A program made the translations under genes and the position numbers. A DNA stretch of 41,741 nt from a virus, in IMG/VR virus record IMGVR_UViG_3300027719_000011; one strand, 5' to 3'. Position 1 is the stretch's first letter. Each line of letters opens with the position of its first letter. Positions 16,576-23,366 of this stretch are shown in pieces. The notes under the pieces are model-generated. The model worked only from the letters and a program-made list of their open reading frames with translations. It was not told where the DNA came from and ran no database searches.

Positions 16576-16656
16576 ATCCACCAGTGCACAGATAGAAAAA
16601 TGCACCAGTGCCTGGATAGAAAAATCCACCAGTGTCTCTTTGGAAAAACTGGTGGA
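16576..16656. repeat. Three head-to-tail 24-bp iterons plus one inverted core
   Basis: The units are 16577..16600 (tccaccagtgcacagatagaaaaa), 16601..16624 (tgcaccagtgcctggatagaaaaa) and 16625..16648 (tccaccagtgtctctttggaaaaa). They are followed by ctggtgga (16649..16656), the reverse complement of the core. Confidence 0.85.
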
Positions 16657-16681
16657 TCTTCTTGGCCTGAAGCGGGTTGGG

Positions 16682-16894
16682 CTATTTTGGTAGCAAGCCT
16701 CCCTGTGACCAAACATGATCTAGGTAATACTCCACAGCGGCTTGAGCCAGTTCTGACGGAGACACATTTTCTACAATGGCGGCGAGGCGTAAGTCCTTCA
16801 TGGTGCCTATCCCCAACTGAACTACAGCCTCTTCCGGGGTTAATTTTCTGCCTATCTCGGCCTTCAAGAGCTTGTTTCTGTGGGTGTCTCTCAT
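16682..16894 (-). CDS. Ribbon-helix-helix (CopG/Arc-like) DNA-binding protein, paralogue 2
   Basis: It is 70 aa. LRLAAIVENVSPSELAQAAVEYYL parallels the upstream paralogue. Its start overlaps the stop of that gene. Confidence 0.6.
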   Translation of the reverse strand: MRDTHRNKLLKAEIGRKLTPEEAVVQLGIGTMKDLRLAAIVENVSPSELAQAAVEYYLDHVWSQGGLLPK

Positions 16895-17097
16895 TTGCTA
16901 CCCCCCAGAGATGTTACCAGCGCATCGCGCACCCACTCCGACACACTGACGTTCTCGCAGATTGCAGCCATATGCACTGCATCAAGCAGCTTCTTGCTCA
17001 CCGAGACCGCCAGGGTCTTGTTCAACACCAAGTCGGGGGCAACCTTCCTCTTCGTCACACGAAACATTTCTTCCATCGTTGATCTCCTTTTTGTCAA
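16891..17097 (-). CDS. Ribbon-helix-helix (CopG/Arc-like) DNA-binding protein, paralogue 1
   Basis: It is 68 aa. LAVSVSKKLLDAVHMAAICENVSVSEWVRDALVTSL fits the RHH beta-strand plus two-helix pattern. An AAGGAG RBS precedes it. Confidence 0.6.
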   Translation of the reverse strand: MTKRRSTMEEMFRVTKRKVAPDLVLNKTLAVSVSKKLLDAVHMAAICENVSVSEWVRDALVTSLGGSK

Positions 17098-17107
17098 ATC
17101 TGACTAT

Positions 17108-17136
17108 AAGATACACTATAAAAACGTATCTTGCAA
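17108..17136 (-). promoter_or_regulatory. Candidate promoter with an overlapping inverted repeat, upstream of the RHH pair
   Basis: The minus strand reads TTGCAA (17131..17136), a 17-nt spacer, then TATCTT (17108..17113). The inverted repeat AAGATAC (17109..17115) / GTATCTT (17126..17132) spans it. Confidence 0.4.
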
Positions 17137-17352
17137 TCGATTATTTGTCATTTGCACGTTTTTACACTTTGACATTCAGCGCGACACAAATGGGAGCTAT
17201 CAAGACTGGGGTCGTTTTGCCCTGCACCGCTCTGCTCCCCGCGCCCGCCCCCAAAAGTCTCCCAACACGTGGATTCCTTTGACGACTTTTGGGGCCTACC
17301 CTGGCCCGGCCCGTTGTCCTTTCTGCTGGCCGATTCTGGAGACGGGTGGGCC

Positions 17353-17650
17353 GGGCCGACCCCCTGTAATTTCTATATATCTAAAAGAAGAATAAATAAT
17401 ATCTTTCTTTTAATAGGTCTAGGATTATTTGGTCGGCCCGGTCGGCCCGGCATGTTGTACTTGCGTTGAACACAGGGGAGAGCGGCGGGCCGAGGCGAGG
17501 GAGAGGTCAGTCCGGTCGGCCCACGGCAATACCTCTTTCTCCCTATATAAGTTAAAAGGGTCAGCCCGGTCGGCCCATACCTCCCAAAGTCGCGACCAGT
17601 CGAAAAAGAAACCGGGCCAACCTCAACTAAGGGGTCGGCCCGGTCGGCCC
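17353..17650. repeat. Origin-like array of GC-rich 18-bp iteron doublets around AT-rich segments
   Basis: Doublets of GGTC(G/A)G(C/T)CC + GGTCGGCCC occur at 17431..17448, 17505..17522, 17559..17576 and 17633..17650. An inverted single copy GGGCCGACC is at 17353..17361. The AT-rich core is 17366..17430. AT-rich 15-16-mers ctatatatctaaaag (17373..17387) and ctatataagttaaaag (17543..17558) also repeat. Confidence 0.8.
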
Positions 17651-17667
17651 AGCAAGAGCCGGTAGGG

Positions 17668-19167
17668 TCAGTCAGACCATCTGATCCCGGAGTAAACACG
17701 TATCTTCTCGCCGCCTTCACGAATCCGGCAGGCGTTGATCTTGAACAGGCGAACCATGTAGGAGGCGAGCTTGCTGTCAAACCCTTGTGACGGAACCAGG
17801 TCTGCTGGAATCTTGGCGACGAGATCCTCACGTTTGAGGTCGCCTTCGCCTCGTTCCAGATGTTCACGAAGCCACGCCTCTAATGGGTCAGCCTGGTTCA
17901 CAGCGATCTGCTTTTCAGCTTCCCATTGTGCAGGCACCAGGAACTCGCCACGGTCTCTCATCCTGATAAGACCCTCAAGCAGCCAGTTCACTACCCCTTC
18001 ACGGCGTTCAGGCACCGACCAATACTCAACAGTCATAACCTCGGTGTTCCAATGCCCCGCCACGCGATTTGCGAACCGAAAAGGATACATTCTATCAACC
18101 ATTGCCCCCGAAGCGTCAGCAGCGTCCTGCAATTCATTGCACGTACTGATTAACTTGGCGGTCGCCGGTGCCCGATATGGGTCACGAAACTTCTGCTCAA
18201 GTCGCAAGTTGCCAGAGGTGTAGCTTTTCAAAAATCCAGGCCACCCACGAACCACCGGAGAGTCGTCGCTGATGTTGGCAAACTTGTTGAGCAACCCTGC
18301 TGCCGACCACTTCGACTTAACCAGCTCGGCTTCCTGGATGAACGAAACTCCAGTGGCACCAGCGACTGAACAACCGATTGCTGTAGCGAGTGTGGTCTTT
18401 GCAGATCCTGGCGGCCCCCACAAAATGATCTGGCCGCGCAAGACCGAGTGAGGTTGCAGCAGTGTAGACATGACTTCCTGGAAGTGGCGGCGAATCTCAG
18501 CATCTGGCAGTGCCCGAGCGATCATGGCTTCAAACTCTGGGCAACGTGATGGCTCACCATCAATCGACAGCCAGGGCATCGAGATGCGTGGCCCGTAAAT
18601 GACTCGACCTGCAAATGGTTGCAGCACATCGGTCTGTATATCGTAGATGCCATCGGTCAGCATCACCTCCGTCTTGCTCAGGTGAAATGGTAGCCACACC
18701 AGCTTGTTATCCTGAGTGACACGCTCATAATATAAGGTGGATCGGGTGCAAGTGGACACCTCAGGAATCTTGATCTCGTCCTGCACAACTGTGAGGAAAT
18801 CTCGACGGGCATTGCCCCCGATGAAAGCGTGTGCGCGGCGTGTCAGCTCATCGGTCACGACTTCCCAGCCGCCAGCAGTCTCGGACATGAACTGGCCACC
18901 CTGCCATGCCAGGTTGCTACCATAACCGGCAATAAACCTGCGGGCTTTCATGTGCATGGTCAGTTTGTCGGGCGCCCCTTCTGCCCTGGGCAGCTTACTC
19001 CGCTTGGGTACCACCACTTCGCCATGTTCGGTGTCGATAGCTACACGGCCATCGGGCAGCTCAGTTCGGGCGACGTTGTGCGATTCAGTAACTTTGGCAG
19101 CTTTCTTCTTTTTTTCCACGAAGGGCTTGATTTCTCCAGTCACTTCGTCTACAATAACAGTCATCAT
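17668..19167 (-). CDS. SF3 replicative helicase (D5 / P4-alpha C-terminal-like)
   Basis: It has a P-loop (ILWGPPGSAKTTLA), a Walker B-like motif (FANISDDSP), and LRLEQKFRDPYRAPATAKLISTCNEL, which is typical of the phage/plasmid primase P4-family C-terminal domain. Confidence 0.75.
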   Translation of the reverse strand: MMTVIVDEVTGEIKPFVEKKKKAAKVTESHNVARTELPDGRVAIDTEHGEVVVPKRSKLPRAEGAPDKLTMHMKARRFIAGYGSNLAWQGGQFMSETAGGWEVVTDELTRRAHAFIGGNARRDFLTVVQDEIKIPEVSTCTRSTLYYERVTQDNKLVWLPFHLSKTEVMLTDGIYDIQTDVLQPFAGRVIYGPRISMPWLSIDGEPSRCPEFEAMIARALPDAEIRRHFQEVMSTLLQPHSVLRGQIILWGPPGSAKTTLATAIGCSVAGATGVSFIQEAELVKSKWSAAGLLNKFANISDDSPVVRGWPGFLKSYTSGNLRLEQKFRDPYRAPATAKLISTCNELQDAADASGAMVDRMYPFRFANRVAGHWNTEVMTVEYWSVPERREGVVNWLLEGLIRMRDRGEFLVPAQWEAEKQIAVNQADPLEAWLREHLERGEGDLKREDLVAKIPADLVPSQGFDSKLASYMVRLFKINACRIREGGEKIRVYSGIRWSD

Positions 19168-19200
19168 GTTGATTTAGGCTCCTCATTGTGTTAGGATTGC

Positions 19201-19218
19201 CCCCCGAATTGTCGGGGG
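19201..19218 (+). other. Short GC hairpin with a plus-strand T-tract inside a minus-strand operon
   Basis: CCCCCGA (19201..19207) pairs with TCGGGGG (19212..19218) around a 4-nt loop. On the plus strand it is followed by cttttctatttt. Confidence 0.35.
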
Positions 19219-19228
19219 CTTTTCTATT

Positions 19229-19333
19229 TTACGCCGGTACCGATTTGGAATCAAGAGGCTTCTTGTTGCCGAACACCCACTCCCTGAGCCGCTCCAGCTC
19301 TCGCAGCTCCCATTCTGAATAATTGCCACTCAT
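19229..19333 (-). CDS. Possible 34-aa ORF
   Basis: My hand translation is MSGNYSEWELRELERLREWVFGNKKPLDSKSVPA. A GGGGGA Shine-Dalgarno lies about 8 nt upstream of the ATG. Confidence 0.3.
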   Translation of the reverse strand: MSGNYSEWELRELERLREWVFGNKKPLDSKSVPA

Positions 19334-19486
19334 GGCTTTAGCTTCCCCCTATAATCCAATTTAAAAGCCTGCCGAAAATGCCGTCAAGGTTCCGCTTATC
19401 AAATTCAGCGTTACATCTCCGACACCTGAACGGGCCGCTGCCCTTTACCCTCATGTAGTCGCAACCGATTAGCCAGCAGATTAGCT

Positions 19487-19831
19487 TCATTTATTAGGCT
19501 CCTGCCAAATTCTGCAACCGCGCATCCACGGTAATATCCCGTTTCGGCACCAAATATCAAACCAACTTGTCATATAGAAGTGCCATGCCATAAAAAAGCT
19601 TTGCCTCATCCCGGCGATACTCCAAACCTTTTTGCACTCCGAGCGCGGAACAACAAGCCTGACTGCTCCAACCGTAAATTTATCTTGAATATCCCATGCT
19701 CCACAATGAACGCCATTGACAATAATGTATTCTTTGCCTTTATACATAACCTTGTCGCCAAGATTTGTGTTTTTTACAGCTTTCAAGCAAAGCCAAAAGA
19801 TTCTTAATTTCCAGTATGCTTTTTTAATCAT
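19487..19831 (-). CDS. Hypothetical protein (114 aa, Trp/Cys-rich)
   Basis: The ORF is ATGA-coupled to the upstream gene and lies in an AT-rich segment. I recognise no motif. Confidence 0.45.
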   Translation of the reverse strand: MIKKAYWKLRIFWLCLKAVKNTNLGDKVMYKGKEYIIVNGVHCGAWDIQDKFTVGAVRLVVPRSECKKVWSIAGMRQSFFMAWHFYMTSWFDIWCRNGILPWMRGCRIWQEPNK

Positions 19832-20061
19832 TCTTTCGCCTCGTCCATCACAAGCTCAATATAATCCGCATTTTTCGCAATGCCAGAAACATCCGCTTTT
19901 ACGCCGCAATGGGAGCAGCAATATCTGATTGTCAGGTTATGGTGAGCGCTGACAATCTCGCAAATAGCGCCCGTTGGTATTTCTATGCCGCCCCTGTTCC
20001 TGATTGCGTCTTTAAGCCTGACTTTTTTACCGACAAGATCGGCGGCTTTGTAGTTTTTCAT
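19828..20061 (-). CDS. Hypothetical protein (about 77 aa)
   Basis: I prefer the ATG at 20059..20061 (MKNYKAAD...), which has an AGGTGA Shine-Dalgarno. The ORF track uses the GTG at 20067. Confidence 0.45.
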   Translation of the reverse strand: MKNYKAADLVGKKVRLKDAIRNRGGIEIPTGAICEIVSAHHNLTIRYCCSHCGVKADVSGIAKNADYIELVMDEAKE

Positions 20062-20063
20062 AC

Positions 20064-20171
20064 TCACTCACCTTTCGCGGCTCTGATTGCCGCCATGGCT
20101 CTGGGAAATAGGATTCTAAGCCCCGTTGTTATGGTTTCGGGGTCAGGATATTTGTTTGTATCTGTAAACAT
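20064..20171 (-). CDS. Possible 35-aa ORF
   Basis: My hand translation is MFTDTNKYPDPETITTGLRILFPRAMAAIRAAKGE. A GAGGA lies upstream, and its stop is 2 nt before the next ATG. Confidence 0.25.
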   Translation of the reverse strand: MFTDTNKYPDPETITTGLRILFPRAMAAIRAAKGE

Positions 20172-20193
20172 TTTTGTAAATTCCTCAAGCGCA

Positions 20194-20454
20194 TCAAGCA
20201 TCATCGGCGCGGCTTTTTTTAATTGGCTCCAACTCTAGCCTTCGACCAGTCAGAGCCGCTTCGCATTCTTCAAATGTTTCGCCAACAAGATCAAGAATAC
20301 GCTTAGAGTTTTGCCCGAATAAGCGCTGAAGGTGATCTTGTATTTCTGGCTCCGTAGCACTGTCAACCCAGACCGCCCCCGGCCCATTATGACCTCGGAC
20401 GCTTTTCCATGAATTATCTGTTGTGTCGAAATATATCTGTTTATTCATACTCAC
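20194..20454 (-). CDS. Hypothetical protein (86 aa)
   Basis: The ORF overlaps the upstream gene by 4 nt. I recognise no motif. Confidence 0.45.
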   Translation of the reverse strand: MSMNKQIYFDTTDNSWKSVRGHNGPGAVWVDSATEPEIQDHLQRLFGQNSKRILDLVGETFEECEAALTGRRLELEPIKKSRADDA

Positions 20455-20963
20455 CCGCCCCTTTCTGCCGCTGACAGCGCGGCTTCAAGCTTCCTAGCCT
20501 CAATGACAAGCATTTCGTAAGCATCTCCAAAACATGCTTGCATGTATTCCAGTTCTGAAATCTCAGAGGGAAGCTTTTGTTTTGCCATGAAGCCTATCTT
20601 TTTCCGCATCTGCTCGATCAATGCGCTTTTTCGCTTAATCTGCCCCATATAATCTAAGCATACGGCTTTTGATTTATCGGAAAACGCCGCATAATCAGTG
20701 TTCAACCTTTCAGCCTCCGCCCGCGCCTCTGCAAGCTCATCAGTTAGCCGCGGGTTAATTTCGCGCTCCCCGTCTAAGTCTTTGCGCAACTGCTGGTTTT
20801 CGATGTGCGCCTGGTTTGTTTTCAACAGCAATTCGTTAGCCTTTACAAGCTCGGTTTCAAGCTGGCGGGCAAAGTCTATGTTGGTCACGATCTTGGTGTC
20901 ATAATGCCTTTCGCCCAGCGCAACGAATAACGCTGCATCGGTTCTCGGTGTTTTACTTTCCAT
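20451..20963 (-). CDS. Hypothetical coiled-coil protein (170 aa)
   Basis: I reset the start to the ATG at 20961..20963 (MESKTPRTDA...), which has a GGAGGG Shine-Dalgarno and a TAATG overlap with the upstream small ORF. The ORF-track start at 21023 is a TTG codon. Confidence 0.5.
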   Translation of the reverse strand: MESKTPRTDAALFVALGERHYDTKIVTNIDFARQLETELVKANELLLKTNQAHIENQQLRKDLDGEREINPRLTDELAEARAEAERLNTDYAAFSDKSKAVCLDYMGQIKRKSALIEQMRKKIGFMAKQKLPSEISELEYMQACFGDAYEMLVIEARKLEAALSAAERGG

Positions 20964-21142
20964 TATTTTCTTTCCCTCCACTTGTCTATTGTTGGTTCGT
21001 GCTTGATCGGATTTCTTAGGCAATAATGATAAACACAGAAAATATCACGCTGAAATTCACATGTATCACAGGTTTTGAGCGCGTCTAATTCCGATTCTAG
21101 CCTCATTTTCTCTTTTTCGTAAAGCTTTTGCGTTTTACTCAT
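20963..21142 (-). CDS. Hypothetical 59-aa Cys-rich protein (below the ORF-track cutoff)
   Basis: My hand translation is MSKTQKLYEKEKMRLESELDALKTCDTCEFQRDIFCVYHYCLRNPIKHEPTIDKWRERK. An AAAGGAG lies 8 nt upstream. It is translationally coupled at both ends. Confidence 0.45.
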   Translation of the reverse strand: MSKTQKLYEKEKMRLESELDALKTCDTCEFQRDIFCVYHYCLRNPIKHEPTIDKWRERK

Positions 21143-21392
21143 CGTTCAAACTCCTTTCATATTCCATCTTTGAGGGTATCGCCCTCAGTTCATCAATCAT
21201 CTTCTGAGCCGTTTCAATCTCATGCTCCCAATACCGTATGCAATCTTCCCGGCTCTTTTCCAGAATAAAGCGGTGCTCAAACTCCCACTTCATTTTTCTG
21301 AAGACCGGGAAGTATCCATAGAGCGGCGGCACCTTGCAAAACTCACATACGCAACCACCTACGCAGTTGCTTTGGGTGTGGGGGCACTTCAT
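21135..21392 (-). CDS. Hypothetical Cys-rich protein (85 aa)
   Basis: The N-terminus is CPHTQSNCVGGCVCEFC. I cannot assign a family. Confidence 0.45.
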   Translation of the reverse strand: MKCPHTQSNCVGGCVCEFCKVPPLYGYFPVFRKMKWEFEHRFILEKSREDCIRYWEHEIETAQKMIDELRAIPSKMEYERSLNDE

Positions 21393-21395
21393 AGC

Positions 21396-21782
21396 TTATT
21401 TGCTCACCTGTCTTCCTCGCCAGATAACGCGTCCCACCCAACGAATAAACAAGACCCCCGCGACAAGCAGCGTTGGTGGCAATGTGCAATATGCGTCAAA
21501 GTTGATTACTGTGGGCTGCGCTGCTGCTGCTGACCGGCCTTTTGAAACAGTTGTTATATAGTTGCCCGCCACACGAACGCCACTAACTCTCGGGCTAATC
21601 TCAATTATAGGGCCAGTGTGCCCTTCGGGCACTTCAATGACGCAGTCCTGAACCACATAAAAACCTCCATCTCGGATTGGTTCTACCAAGTCTAACTCCT
21701 TAATGTCAGACATTTGCTGCTGAAGCGAGTTCAGTTCTGCTTCACTAACTCGTAGTCCAAGCGTATTTGATGAGTTATTCAT
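21396..21782 (-). CDS. Hypothetical protein with a C-terminal TM (128 aa)
   Basis: I reset the start to the ATG at 21780..21782, which forms an ATGA overlap with the prim-pol stop. The C-terminal hydrophobic segment is LPPTLLVAGVLFIRWVG. Confidence 0.45.
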   Translation of the reverse strand: MNNSSNTLGLRVSEAELNSLQQQMSDIKELDLVEPIRDGGFYVVQDCVIEVPEGHTGPIIEISPRVSGVRVAGNYITTVSKGRSAAAAQPTVINFDAYCTLPPTLLVAGVLFIRWVGRVIWRGRQVSK

Positions 21783-22678
21783 ATCTCGGCCTCTAACCAA
21801 CTGTAGTCCTGGTCGCGCCAGATCGCATGTCCATCGGCATACGACCAGAGTTGAATCCAACCTTCACCCGCATCGATGTAGCCATTAATCTCACCATTGC
21901 CAGAGCAGCGGGACTTCGTGCGAACAGTCTGCCCCTCTGCACGTAGCCGTTCGACAATCGCTCCCACGTAGACTGGCCCCGGTGTCTTAACACCCAACCG
22001 CTTTAACCACTCAGCTACAAATTCACCGAGTTCCAAGGATTCTACTTCAGGTGTCAGCACAGGTAGGTGCAGTGTAGACGAGGCAGTAATCAAATGGCTT
22101 ACCATCTCTTCAGACAGAAACGATGTTGACTTGTAAACCCACCGGTTAGCACCGCCATAGACCCAGAACATGCGCGAGTCGTTTTTGCAGACATGCACTC
22201 CTGCATCAACCAGACGTTCAATCCACGGGCGGCTGATCATCTGTGTGATGCGAGAGATATGACCCCGCTGCGGATTAGCAGGCATCGAGATCGGTGTGGC
22301 CAGTCGCAGGAACACATGCAGTCCTCTGCCACCGCATGATGTGCGGATCGACCCATCGGGGCCGATAACCTGGGCAACTACTTCGACCAGACTCTGGAAT
22401 GACAGGTGCGGATTGTCGTCGCCGTCGATGTCGATGCCCGCCCAGAAGATCGAGCAAGGTTGATCGGCCATTGCACCCCGAGGATCTGGGTATGCTTTGT
22501 TGGTGCAACCGTAGAACTTGATCTTCAAAGCTGGAGGCATTCCGGTACCAGTTTTTGCGGCCTTACCCGGCCACCAGGCCAATGCTTTCTTGGTCGCCCC
22601 AGCCACACCGATTTGAGGTATCAACCCGGCGGGCAGCTGTTCAAACAGGAACTTCACTACTCCTTCAAAACTATCCAT
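21779..22678 (-). CDS. Archaeo-eukaryotic-type primase-polymerase (prim-pol)
   Basis: The AEP motifs are FWAGIDIDGDDNPH (DxD) and SCGGRGLHVFLRL (GxGxH). Confidence 0.7.
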   Translation of the reverse strand: MDSFEGVVKFLFEQLPAGLIPQIGVAGATKKALAWWPGKAAKTGTGMPPALKIKFYGCTNKAYPDPRGAMADQPCSIFWAGIDIDGDDNPHLSFQSLVEVVAQVIGPDGSIRTSCGGRGLHVFLRLATPISMPANPQRGHISRITQMISRPWIERLVDAGVHVCKNDSRMFWVYGGANRWVYKSTSFLSEEMVSHLITASSTLHLPVLTPEVESLELGEFVAEWLKRLGVKTPGPVYVGAIVERLRAEGQTVRTKSRCSGNGEINGYIDAGEGWIQLWSYADGHAIWRDQDYSWLEAEI

Positions 22679-22871
22679 GCTGTTCTCCTGTGGCGATCTG
22701 CAAGGCTCTGAGATACTTGTTGAAATGATGGAGATTTGTTGCAGATGTTTGAAGGATATTTCTCACATCTACAGCCCACTCCAAACTTGCATCCGGTTCG
22801 TCCTCCACATTCTGATCCAATAACTCCAGGCATTTCATGAGATGGGCCTCTATTTGTTCAATACGGTTCAT
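22671..22871 (-). CDS. Hypothetical acidic helical protein, first gene of the leftward early operon
   Basis: It is 66 aa. A GGAGGA RBS precedes it, and it lies directly downstream of a consensus promoter. Confidence 0.5.
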   Translation of the reverse strand: MNRIEQIEAHLMKCLELLDQNVEDEPDASLEWAVDVRNILQTSATNLHHFNKYLRALQIATGEQHG

Positions 22872-22900
22872 GTTTTTCCTCCATTGTTGAGCTTACTCAA

Positions 22901-22929
22901 ATTATACCCCGAATCTTATTTGTAAGCAA
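22901..22929 (-). promoter_or_regulatory. Leftward early promoter
   Basis: The minus strand reads TTGCTT (22924..22929), a 17-nt spacer, then TATAAT (22901..22906). The inverted repeat TATTTGT (22917..22923) / ACAAATA (22931..22937) straddles the -35. Confidence 0.65.
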
Positions 22930-22954
22930 GACAAATATTTTTTATTTATTTCGC

Positions 22955-22983
22955 TTGACATATAAGCGAACATCGATTATGAT
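22955..22983 (+). promoter_or_regulatory. Rightward early promoter
   Basis: It reads TTGACA (22955..22960), a 17-nt spacer, then TATGAT (22978..22983). The -35 is embedded in the 7-bp-arm inverted repeat TTCGCTT-gacatat-AAGCGAA (22950..22970). Confidence 0.7.
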
Positions 22984-23014
22984 CAAGTTATGGAAATCGA
23001 AAAGGAGATTAACG

Positions 23015-23218
23015 ATGGCAACTCAACCCGTAACATGCACAATGGAGGAGTCGGTGAAAGCTCGCACTCTCCAGGCAGCTCTGAAAGAAGACAGGTCATT
23101 CAGCAACATGCTGTCTCGTCTGGTAGAGCTTGGCTTGAAGGAATACTGGAAAGGCTTTGAACCAATCATCACAGACCCTCGGCTGTATCTGGATGCTAAC
23201 AAGAAGGCCGGTGAGTAA
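23015..23218 (+). CDS. Ribbon-helix-helix regulator, first gene of the rightward operon
   Basis: I start it at the ATG at 23015, which has an AAGGAG RBS. VTCTMEESVKARTLQAALKEDRSFSNMLSRLVELGL fits an RHH fold. Confidence 0.55.
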   Translation: MATQPVTCTMEESVKARTLQAALKEDRSFSNMLSRLVELGLKEYWKGFEPIITDPRLYLDANKKAGE

Positions 23219-23338
23219 CTTGTGGCGAAACGACCTAAGTTGTCGCCAATCAAAACACTCGCTCACGTTGCATCGTGGTGCCAGGGTAAACAATGCCCCC
23301 GGTTTATCATAATGAACGAGAGCTGCCCGAACGATCAG

Positions 23339-23347
23339 TGCTATAAT
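23339..23347 (+). promoter_or_regulatory. Extended -10 promoter element TGCTATAAT
   Basis: It is read directly from the sequence and lies 20 nt upstream of the ATG at 23367. I see no good -35. Confidence 0.35.
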
Positions 23348-23366
23348 GCACAGAAGGACAATCAAC

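Noticed and set aside
16576-17650. Possibility that the repeat arrays are a CRISPR array
   Set aside because: The 24-bp units are directly abutting with no spacers. The 18-bp doublets have irregular 54- and 74-bp spacing with only four copies. There are no cas genes and no leader-like organisation.
16510-17867. ORFs 16510..16716 (-), 16600..17082 (+), 16880..17395 (+), 16962..17282 (+), 17269..17469 (+), 17373..17867 (-) and 17429..17665 (+) across the iteron region
   Set aside because: Their translations are dominated by the repeat units (for example LVDFSIQALVHFSICALVD and repeated GRPGRP). They have no Shine-Dalgarno sequences, and they overlap the RHH genes or the helicase 3' end. The DNA repeats explain them better than coding does.
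20451-21023. The full-length 190-aa version of ORF 20451..21023
   Set aside because: The 5' extension starts at a TTG codon with no RBS and overlaps a well-signalled 59-aa ORF. The internal ATG at 20963 has a GGAGGG Shine-Dalgarno and a TAATG coupling, so the shorter form was annotated.
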